A stretch of DNA of 64,000 bases. It comes from Styela clava (lineage: Eukaryota). Location: assembly GCF_964204865.1 (NCBI RefSeq), contig NC_135251.1:15252001-15316000 (forward strand), written 5' to 3'. The notes below the pieces were generated by a model. It saw only the letters and a program-made list of their open reading frames with translations. It was not told the origin of the DNA and made no database searches. How positions within the stretch are numbered: position 1 is the first letter of the stretch; every line of letters begins with the position of its first letter. The translations under genes and the position numbers were made by a program. Positions 1-10,807 of the stretch are shown in pieces.

Positions 1-1215
1 GGGCATTAAGGCTTGCGCAAGAATGGAGAAAATGAATAAATAACGACCAAAACGAATAATATGATCAAACAAGAAAAAAAAACATCAAATTCAGCAAAAT
101 TGGCATCGAAAACCGTATCAGAAATAGGCCTGATGACCGACGAATTCGACTAAGGAATGTGGCATTCACTGAATGCATTAAGATTTGTGCGGTAGATATT
201 TTTTAATTCTTTTTTCAATGTATTATAGTTATTAGAGCGTATAGTAACTGTAAGTATATTTCAAAGTTTTATGCCCATGAACTCAATGGAATTTTGTGTA
301 CGACTGTAGTTCCCGAATTAAATTCTAATCTATATTCTGGGGATCTTCGAGTCGGATCTCCCTTCCTTCCAAATGCGGTGGTCACTGAAAAGATTTAGTT
401 TATCAAAATTCTGTTACAATTACGGTTTTGTTATTCTCGTCAGTCTTGACGAGTGGTAGGCTGCAAGTTGTATCCGTTGTCTTGAGGAAACCATTTTCAG
501 GGTACCAGATTGGATTTGTAAGCAGTTTTCAAATTTTACGGCTCTTGTCTAAAAATTGAGTGCCAAAAATATTGCCAGCGAAGGCGAAATTTTTGGATCG
601 CTCACCCATACAAAACTTTAAATTCTGACGTGCAACATATGTCACGCACAATGATCAATTTCCCATGATACCACTGAACTTACATAATTTTGAGGGTAAT
701 TCAGGTTTATATGTTTACTTTCAGAGGTAATGTGTACCGAAACTTCACGCACAAAAGTCAGTTATCCTCGTTTCTACGACTGTGTTTGTAGCTTTCTTTC
801 CTATATTATGTCTTGTATTGGACTGTGAACATATTCAAATATATAAAGTCTAAAGAACATTTTATCAGACTCTAGGCTGCTCTAGGCTGAATATGACTTT
901 CAAAAATGATGGACTGCAGAACGAAACAAATTGCAACATCAACACAACCCTATCGATAGCTGAATTTATTAAATCATGATTTTCATTTTATAAACGTAAT
1001 CTGTATCTGTATGCTTCCATGTATAGTTTGTATGTAACTGCATTACATCTTGATGATTAAATTTTCTGTCTGCTCTATACCCCAGTAAAAGACAGCTGTT
1101 AGGCTGAAATGTTTTAGAACTAAAACCTTTCATTTTGGAGTATTGTAAGTAATTTGAGTCATATTTTTCAGTTCTACATTATAAATTCAAAAATATTTCA
1201 TTCTTCGACTACAAT

Positions 1216-4200
1216 ATGGCATTTTTTATTGTGGTAAAAATAATACTTGTAACGTTGATTGCATATGGGGATTTTTCAGAAGATAAAACTTGCGGAACTC
1301 CACTGAAAAAGGACATCGAATGGAATAATGTGCGTGAGTAGTGTGAACTATGCTGTTGAAGATAGATTTCATTAATTTTTATGTAACAATTTTTCAGCTT
1401 CCAGCGGGTCCTTATTATGATGTTCTGGATATACCTAAATCAGCGATACCAATCGGCTGCTGGAATATTCAGAATATTACCGAAGAAAAAGATCGCGTGA
1501 TTTTAGATATGACAACATTTTCAAACAGGTATCGTACACCACCCCATTGACCCGTGCTGAGCATAATCGCAATCACCACGACAAGTATTTTTGTTATCAG
1601 GGAACTCAGTAGATTATCTATTCGTGAGGAGTTTTTCCGTACAAACAAAATTGGTGTTTACAAGATGAATAGATTAAGTGGTGAGTGTATTTGGCGCTGC
1701 TATTGATATTTCAACGTCTTATAATTATTACCAAAAATCACGTTGATGTTTCAACGATTTTTTCTATATTCTCGGATTCAGGGATGGAACTGGGAACGGC
1801 GTTACACCATTTCAATGATCATAGTAGCGTCAGAATACGGAAGCTTGCTGATGCGGGTATGCAATTTTTTTCTCTCATTTTTTTTTTTACTGTTTGTTTC
1901 TTTCGATGTTACTTATTCTACCAGAAGGCCGGTGCAATATATTCATTAGTTTTAGGTGGAACATTTTCATGCAATGTTTCTTTTCTTTGGATTATAGATT
2001 TGTACACGTGTTATATAATTAATCATTTATCCAATTATTTTTTAATATCACGAGTGACCAGTCAGAAATTCGCAAGTCGCATACGACTCATTACTGATGC
2101 AGTAACAGTATATGTGAATTTTCTGCGCTCCCGTAGAATGGGCAACAATATGGCGGACATAATATGTGTACCAGGTTAGGGTTACGCTGTAATTTGATTC
2201 CAATTTTCCTTATTTTAGTTCTATCACGAGTTCGGCGACTAGCCAAGTGACTCCCGTAGTATTTGTATCTAAAATTATGGCCCAACCTCAACCTGATAAA
2301 CATATATACTACGTCCCGGTGTCCGCCATCTTGTTGCACTTACCACGGGAGTACCGAACTTTTTATATATACAATATTGAGTAATCTCAAATTCAATCCG
2401 AGATATAGTTTCAAGGCCAGTCATTCCCAACCGGCAGTCCACTCACCTCTAAGGGGTCCGAAAGGGTTTCAGAGGTCTGTGGGTGCACGAGATGTAGCAC
2501 AACGTCAAATGACCAATCAATTCTATATATAAAATTTGGCATTTTGTGAGATATCAGACGTTTATCTCTCTGCATCGCTTTACCCGTGAGCTAAATTGAT
2601 CGTTATTTTCCCATGTATGTTTCTTCTGCCAGCGATTTCCTTTTTATCTCCGTAGCAATCAAGAACAAAATTTTTTTGAAGTTGATCAGACATTTTTTAC
2701 ACTCGGCAGACATTCAAACATGGTTGTAACCATTGTTTCGTTTATGTAATCTTGACTGCCATTTGCCATTTTTTTAATTTTATAGATATAAATCGAATTA
2801 CTAAGCCCCCTGTATTTTGAGAATAGTCGGATTTTAGTTGTGTAACCTTGTGGATTTATTATATTGAACATTTCAGAAAAAAAAAACTATCCGATTGGCA
2901 GGCATTCAATTTGAAATGTTCTGATGCTAAACGAAGATGATGCCTGAATTTGTCCTAACAGACGTCTGCACGTTTGCATCCTGTTCTACAGTTATCAATA
3001 AAAAAAAACGTTCTTCCTGTTCACAGAGGCTGCAGATGTTGCTCGACACGAATTCATATTTCTGACTGACTATAAGACTTATTTCATGTTTGTTGGATGC
3101 GAAGAAGAAGGTAAGTTTGAGAGGATTGAAGTCATACGTAAATGTACAGAGACGGTGATGTGAAGTACAAAGTAAGAAAAAGGAAATATTAAGATCAATT
3201 GTTTACATATCCCTTTTAGATCCAATTTGACATTTGAACACTGTTTCAAAATTTAAACATGTTTTGTCATTAAGGCACAAAACGACTCCTACACAACATT
3301 TTATTAGCAAATCACATATTATTTAAATTTATGTCACAATAAATGATTTTTTTTTTTACAAACATATCTGCGTAATAGCGATTTTATTCCATAGAATATA
3401 GAACATGGGGGTGCAACAGGTGGCCCACGGGCCCGGCCCGCCACGTCATTTAGTGTGACCCTTGTTTGAGCATAAAATTCTATTCCGACATTTTATGCTA
3501 CACCTATTGTCAAAGCTAATGTTAACGAAATATGCAAGTTTAATATCTATCTATCCTAACTCAGAACAGTTGGCGCTAAAAAGGGGCCTATATGGTACAC
3601 GCCATTTTCAAGCAGCGATTCCATTGGAGAACTCCGATTTCTGGAACATGTGTATGAGTGACTCTACACATAGCTGTCGGGTGCATCGAATCCCCCATGT
3701 ATCCATAAAAACAAATAACGAGCTTTTTTTGCTGTTCAGGTTGTCTTGTCGAAAAGTATAGAAATAAGCAGTAAGTGAAAATGACCATGTCCGGCACTAT
3801 ATAATTGGGTCATTGTTTCCAAACCAAAACTGCATTTCCAGTAATAGCGGTATTTTGTCTGCTAGGCCATCTAGGGTTGTAGTACGAGTGACGAGTCTTA
3901 CAATAAAACTGAGCATCAGTTGAAAAAACTACATGCTTCCATTTGTTATAGCTCACTGTGTAGTCTACTCCAGTCTCCGACCATGACCGCCCAAAAATCA
4001 CTAAATTAGTCCACTTTAACATAACATCTGTGGGCCATGCCTAAAGATAACAAAACTGAATCCAGAGTATCCACTATCCATACATCACATGACAACTTGC
4101 TACTGTACTGCATTCTGTCTGGAGTGTTAAAATTTTATGACCCAGGACAAGACACAATCAAATATGATCGGAGATTAGGGTGCTAAAATCTATGTCTGAA

Positions 4201-5083
4201 TAATATACTTAAACGTGAGTTACAAAGCAAACGTGTACGTTACTACCAAGGCCTGCAGAAACTACAGCAAGGTAAAGAAGCCTAGATTGGGCCTTAGTCC
4301 TTAGGATATCCCGCAAAAAATTTTTTTTTCTGGAAATACTATTATTTCTAACTCGTCTTAAGTTACTATAACTTAGATGATACTTTATGTTAACACTGTC
4401 GTAATAATACTCTTACCAAGTTTGTGCTAATGATCCTCTGATTGAATATATATATATATATATGTCTATACATTTCAGTGATTGATGCAAAATCTTTGTC
4501 AACTTTTCCAATTGGTATTTATTGTATATATTTTTTTATTACCAGATTGGATGGCGTACGTAAAAGCGACCACTCCACAAATCACCGTCAGCCAATTGAA
4601 TCACATATCGAATGCACTAGTGGAGAATGGTTTGAAAGCACCGGTGATGGTTTTAAAAAATGAGTGTGTGAATGGCGGCAAGCCGGGGAATAGAGTTGTT
4701 ATTGTGTAAAAATATTTACGTGGTATATATATATCAAAAGGTTCCATTACATTTGAACCCACGTACATTTGAACCCATGACAATTGCACCTGTATGCTAT
4801 TGCACCTATGGAATTTTTTTTGTTTCACGGATAGTTAAACCCATACTAACCCTAACCCATGGGTTTTAGCACCCGCATATAGATTAAACCCGTGGATATA
4901 CGCATGGGTTCAAATGTACATGGGTTCAAATGTACGGTCACCATATCAAAATATTGTTGTAAATAGTCAGAATGCCTAAACAAAAATGAGTGTGACATTT
5001 CATTTGCTTTCAGTCACCAAGAAAAGGCGAGGAAGAGTTTTATAAAGAGTCATAATATCAACAAAAAGGTCTCAGAACTTTAA
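1216..5083 (+). CDS. Lipocalin-like secreted/ER protein, copy 1
   Basis: Exons 1216-1329, 1398-1528, 1601-1680, 1782-1856, 3027-3110, 4546-(4705 or stop at 4709), putative 5014-5083. GT-AG introns in phases 0,2,1,1,1. Hydrophobic N-terminus MAFFIVVKIILVTLIAYG, SCR1-like EWNNLPAGPYYDV, SCR2 FLTDYKTYFMFVGC, 4 Cys in ApoD-like spacing. 215 aa if it stops at 4709. Confidence 0.85.
2124..2355. mobile_element. MITE in lipocalin 1 intron 4
   Basis: Inverted ends GCTCCCGTAG...AACAATATGGCGGAC / GTCCGCCATCTTGTT...CACGGGAGTACC. Degenerate 8-bp flanks GAATTTTC/GAACTTTT. Absent from the matching intron of copy 2. Confidence 0.65.
4740..4942. mobile_element. MITE with 9-bp TSD (Mutator-like)
   Basis: TIRs of about 40 bp built from repeated TACATTTGAACCCA. 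Perfect TSD ATATCAAAA at 4731-4739 and 4943-4951. Single-copy empty site in paralog 3 (27131-27139). Confidence 0.9.
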
Positions 5084-6146
5084 GCGTTGAACAAATGTTC
5101 AATCCTAAATAATCAACAAAGTTTAATCCAAGTTTTTGTTGGACCTATAGGCGACCCTCTATCTTGATTGTTCTGTTTATTTGTATGCCGAAGCTGTAGC
5201 GCCGTAACGGCTGGACCAATATATGAAATTTCACATGTAGGTAATCCAGTCAACCTAGTAATTTGCGCTTCAACGGAAGTCTGGATTAGAGTGGCAACAG
5301 CGAAAAACGCGCCGATTGTCGAGAAATTTTTAATTTTCACACAATTTATCGCGGGTTTCTCGTCAAACATGTCGGAATTTCAAGAACGCTGCCTTCAGCA
5401 GTGGAAAATACTTTCCGAACAAGTCCTCTTTCGTTGAGTGCGAGCATTAATTATCAGAGTATATCCTGGGCTCCTACAACTTATTATAATAGGGGGTGAA
5501 TATATGGAAATTCAATCATAAATGACATTGTCTACCTCTCGGCAGTTCCAAATATTCACAAATAGCCTCATGTGTGATATATATACTTCTAATTGAGCCC
5601 ACTAAGCGTACTTCCATTTTAACAACCTATCAAGAGTTTTTTTTAAATTTCTGAACTTTCTTCATGTGCTTTTGCTTTCTCAACTCAATGCTTTAGTTTT
5701 TCCGAAATACATCTCAAGTGAGTTGAACACATTAAAATTTTAGCCACATTTTCCATCATAAAGACAAAGAGAAAAAAGTATTTCATAAATTTCATCTTCT
5801 TCGCTCTCAGGTTTGTGGTAATAATACTTTAAAAAGGAAACACAATTATTCATCTCAGTCTCACTGCCAATATTTAATACCAATGACAGAAAAGGAATAA
5901 ATGTTAATGCTTAATTTGAGGTAAAACCAGTTGTTACACTCACACAAGTTCTTCTCAGGGAATATCAATGCAACGCACAAATGTATGGACATTGGACACA
6001 AGGAACACTGTTGCCGGATAATTCTGTCTTAGAGTAACTTCGATACGCGGAAGGTATGCGTTGATCATTGATCAAGTTCAACAAAAAATTAATAAAGAAA
6101 AAATATAGAAGTAATCACCATCTGAGGAAAATGTCATTCTCTAAAC

Positions 6147-6370
6147 CGGGGGTGTGCAAACTGCGGCCCACAAAGAAAAATTGTGCGGCCCGCGGAGTTC
6201 CAATTTTGAATAGTGTGCCAGCGAAATGAGTTTTTAGATTAGGTAATCTGGTACGTGCGAGCAATTCCAATCTATTTGCGTCGCAAAGCCTATACTAGTA
6301 CCTGAGTTCCGCTGTCATGTTAGCAAAACTAGCTAGCAAAATTCTGTTGCAAAAAGGTTGCACATCTCCG
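6147..6370. mobile_element. hAT (Charlie/Buster-type) MITE
   Basis: Ends CGGGGGTGTGCAA / TTGCACATCTCCG, subterminal TGCGGCCC repeats, 8-bp TSD CTCTAAAC/CTTTAAAC. Confidence 0.75.
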
Positions 6371-6924
6371 CTTTAAACTACCAAAAACGTGAAAGTGATT
6401 TGTCCAGTAGACTACAGGGAAAGTGTTTTTATCATAATACCCACGTGTTAACGTGACAAAAAAAACCCAATAAAAGTAGCACCAGCATCAATTTTGTATC
6501 CACATATAAACCAACATACCATTCATCAGGATCCGTATTCCTAGCTGAATTGACATAATTAAAGGAACCAACCTGAAAATGATCAGCATTACACATGCCC
6601 CTAATGTCGTGGTCTGGTTTTCATTGCCAAAAACACCATATGAAGGTCTGTGACATTCTTTCGATTAAACAAATTCTCTGAAAATGAATTATTTCGTGAA
6701 AAAATTACATTTCTTACCAAATGCTGGACAAGAATTTCGAGATTTAGTATGATGTAAACCAACGGCCGGCAATCTTTTTGGGTGACAGACCTGTAAAGCC
6801 TGACCAAAATTTTACAACCTTTTTACAACATTTTTACAAACGAACTAAACTTATGTAATAAATCATACGCGTTAGAAAACTTATGTTGACAATACATTCA
6901 AAAACAAGTGTGATGCTATTTAAT

Positions 6925-7600
6925 GTCAGATCTGCATTTGTGTGCTGACCATTATCTGTACTACCAGCCTACTTCGGTTATTCGTTTTTGTAGTTGTCAA
7001 TTTTGAAAACCTGACCTCCCATACAAAAAAAAGATAACAGTGCTATGTCTGAGAATTCATCTATTCTAAAAGTATTGACCACAAGAGTGCCAAGATATAT
7101 ATTGCAAAGATGCTTTTCAACTCATTATAATTTGAAATTTCAATCAACTGCTCTTTATAAGACAATCTCGTCGTTGACAAGACAGTTTCATAGTTCGAAA
7201 GCTTCATTTGAGACCTTAGTATGACAAGAACGCAAAATAGACAAACTTCGTTGCTCTCATTTGCGGTATGATTTCGTATTGCCAAAACAATTCATTGTCC
7301 TTGCTCTTTAAAGTTTTTTGGTTAGTGGATGATGTCCCCGGTATAACCACACTCTCAGTTTCATTAGATATTGGTGGTCGCAGTCATTCAAGAATTGGAT
7401 TAATAATATCTGTTTAGCCTTAACTAATTTTATTACAAAGTTTGCTGCGAGTCAGTAGCCACACTCTTAGCAAGATCTAAATCATATTGATGTGAGACTA
7501 GCTCACGCAGATGCAGGGGACGCATCAATATTGCGCCATATTAACGTGGAAATTGTTTGTGAAGTTAGACGTGCAGCTCAGATGAGTTGTGTTTGTCAGG
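6925..7600 (-). pseudogene. Degraded Buster/Charlie-type hAT transposase, internally deleted
   Basis: Fragments NESNEVCLFCVL (BED-finger-like), KEQLIEISNYNELKSIF...LLWSILL and EVRFSKLTTTKTNNRSRL (hATC dimerisation-like), with stops and frameshifts. Confidence 0.65.
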
Positions 7601-9784
7601 TTTGTTTTTATTTGCTGTATTTTAGTCGTAGGGTTTGTGGTTGGTAGATTACCACCAATAAAATATCACGTTATCCTTGACAGGCAGGTTTTGATCCGTG
7701 CCGCAAAACTTTGGCGGCTGACTTTTTAGCTGCCACAAGCCGATGGTGTGAAGTGGGATACCAACATTGAGGTGTATATAAATCAATAAGTACCACGGAA
7801 GAAAGTTGAAAGCCGTGGTGGGTAAAACTGTGCTGCCACAAACAAGGCATGTAGGCTGTAATGTTAGGACTGCCTCTTATTATGACAAACTTTGGGTAAG
7901 TTAGAACATTTTCCCTATGGATACAGTTTTGATGGATTTGGGATTAGATTTCAGGTATAAGTAGATATAATTCCGCATGATGAACTAATGTCTGGTACAT
8001 TACCAATTTTCATAACCTTTGACCGATGCTCCCAGCCACGGTTTTTGTACTGTTTAGGGGGACGCTCGTTGCCGAGCAGGATGCGTCTTATCTTAAAAAT
8101 TGCAATATTGGTGATATGCAAAAAATTATTATGTAAATGAATTTAAAAATTAAAGCAGACTTGAATTTTTGCAGAAAGTTATGTCTCAAATTTACAATAA
8201 ATAGGGATCTGTTTATATTACACTGTGGATGCAACGGAATTCAAAAAGAAACAGTTTCTTCATTCAAATTTGAACACAATAATATTTTGTTCTCCCATAA
8301 TAAGTAGGTTCAAAATATATTGCAACAACATGAGAACACAATTCCCAACCAAGCATGCTTAGCAAGGGTACACTTTGTTTGAACTTTACCACAGCTCCTT
8401 TTGTGATTGTATCATAACCATCCAAAATATATTGAGAAAAATAAACATGATAAATAAGGTTCAATGCAAATGTTTGAATATAATACCTATGTAGAACAGC
8501 GAACGAATTGTGAATTGTATAAAAATGGTGCTGATTTTGGAAATGAAAGTGATAGAAGCTTTTACGGTTGTGATGAATTGATTTTGCTTAATCAATTATG
8601 ACATACCTCAATCAGCTCATTCTAAATTTTCTATTACTTATGTAATCACCTTTAGACTTATAAGGCTTGGGTATGTTTCTGTTCTCTGGATTTTTGATGA
8701 CACGCAATGGCCCGGCTGACATTTGTTAGTTGTTGGCAAAAAGTTCACTGAGACTGTTTTCCTATTTCATAGTCAGATTTAAGCTTCATCATAGTTCATG
8801 TTTTTAATGTAAATATTATATAGGTAATATATAGATTCAGATTCTAATATATAAAAGCAAAAAGGCAACGAACAGTGTATATGTTAAACAGCCATGTCAT
8901 ATCGGTATTTAAGAAGCTTTGTCCCATTTCACCTTGCCATTAATGTGCATATTGAAATACTATAATATATGATTGTTTGGAATCAACATATTTTGTTATT
9001 TCATCATTGGAGTCTTCTCATACTCTATTTTGTGAGGTTTCCGATTACAATTTATATTCACATTGTGTGGTCAAGTCAGCAAAACAGACGTTTTTCAGTC
9101 TGTGATTTCGCTCCACAAATTTGCCACCTAAGTTACAATTTCTTCTAATTTAGGCTATGGAGTATGGACTATGTCTCATTTTAAAGGGCCTCTATTACAA
9201 TAATTTTCATAAATTGGACTAGGTTTTATTTTCAGGGAAACGCAGTAGTAAGCAGTGGCACTAACACAATAGTACGGTACCGTACTTTATACTTTCAAAA
9301 AGATATTACGATATACCTGATCCAGTACACACCAGGTGAACATTGGCACTCAATGAAGCAACATCTCGAACTTGCGAATGAAAAGCGAAACCGCCGCGTC
9401 TCCCTGAAGTGAGGTAAAAATAGCGTCTGGCAGCAGCCGTCACGCTCGGATGGTTCGTATGAAAGTTGGTAATGACTTATGAATATAACGGTAATGGCGG
9501 CATAAAACCATGACAAGAGACGCCGCGGTCCGTTTGTGGCTAGAGACGCCATGAACTGGTAACTGCGGCTCTAGAAGTAACACAACGTCGAAAACGCAGG
9601 TGGTGTTGTTACAAATAAGAAAAAGTATTCAAAATAATGAGATAACGAGTCTCCTGCGGGCTACGTTAATAGGTTCCGCAGGTCGGACATTGACACATTT
9701 TGAAGGAAAGCGTTATTGCCAAAGATTTCATTATGATAGAAATCTTATTTTTAGATAATTCAGTTCATTAACAATTTGTGTTAC

Positions 9785-9921
9785 CACTCCCGTAGTATGT
9801 GTACCAGAAGCCAAGTGAATATCCCCCTGCCAATAGGTTTCAGTCCCTTTACACAATTTGATGTAAAATAGGCGCACAAAATTATTCACCTCTATATTGG
9901 TGCACATATTTCGGGAGCGCC
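9785..9921. mobile_element. MITE fragment related to 2124, 38269 and 62898
   Basis: Reverse-complement match to 38269-38385. Ends ACTCCCGTAGTATGTGTACCA / TGGTGCACATATTTCGGGAG. Confidence 0.6.
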
Positions 9922-10807
9922 CAATTTTCAGAGTTTCGGATCGAAGTTTGAATTCACCGTAGTTGGAATACTTTCAAAGATACTTTTACCAAATTCCAAC
10001 TATTCTTCAAAAACCTAAAAATCGAGTTTAGAAAGCGTTCTTAATACTTGAATCTCGAAACTAAACAAAAGTTAAAACGCAATATTTTCACTAAAACTGA
10101 CGAAAATGTCTGGTCCTCAACATGCTCTTGATTGAGAAGAGACTGATTGAGAGTTGTTTCTGTACATTTATTAGGATATTGTTTGTTTCATTTCTAAAGA
10201 CCGTTATATATCGTCAGACTAATAAAAAAATTGCCTAAGTCAAATTTTAACATTTTGAGTAAATCAAAAAAAACTTCATAACTTTTCCATTTTTCAATTT
10301 ATTTCAAAAATTTTTTTATCTAGATTTATCTTATCAAATTTTTAATTATTTTAGGATATCTATAACTTCCAAATTCTATTTTATATGCGCTAAAATTGAC
10401 TTAGGTATTTTTTTATTCACGCACCCTGAGTTAGGCAATATTATTCACATCTTCGCCCTATATTTTCTCTGTACATTCGCTTGACCTATATACTTTGTAA
10501 ACGTCCATTCGGCAAATAATGAGAGAGTGACTTCCATTAAATTAATATGACACGGAAGCCAAGTCAAAATTCGATATTCCTCCTTAATCATAATTTGGCT
10601 TTGATGAACATTAGAATAGATGTCTGGCCCACAGGCCAGATGTATTGTATTCAATTGATACAAGGAATGTAAAATTTCACAACTCAAGCAACAAACAATA
10701 TAATAGAATCAAAACATAAATAACTCTTTTGAACTTAAAACATCAACATAAACAAACAACTGTAATCATGAATTTATAGTAGTATACTTCATTTAAGTTT
10801 GTATAAT

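Larger units (their letters stand above)
638..7650 (+). repeat. Segmental duplication unit 1 (lipocalin gene plus flanks)
   Basis: Starts with ATGTCACGCACAATGATCAATT, also seen near 16798 and (with variation) near 24068. Upstream region, exons, introns and downstream blocks are collinear with units 2 and 3. Boundaries approximate. Confidence 0.85.

Noticed and set aside
1-200. Possible terminal exon of an upstream gene
   Set aside because: No recognisable protein or supported frame.
1685-2179. 164-aa ORF, and similar ORFs at 18141 and 25679
   Set aside because: Lipocalin exons 3-4 plus intron read-through.
3404-3698. CATGGGGG...CCCCCATG inverted ends
   Set aside because: Probably a MITE remnant, but no matching TSD to support boundaries.
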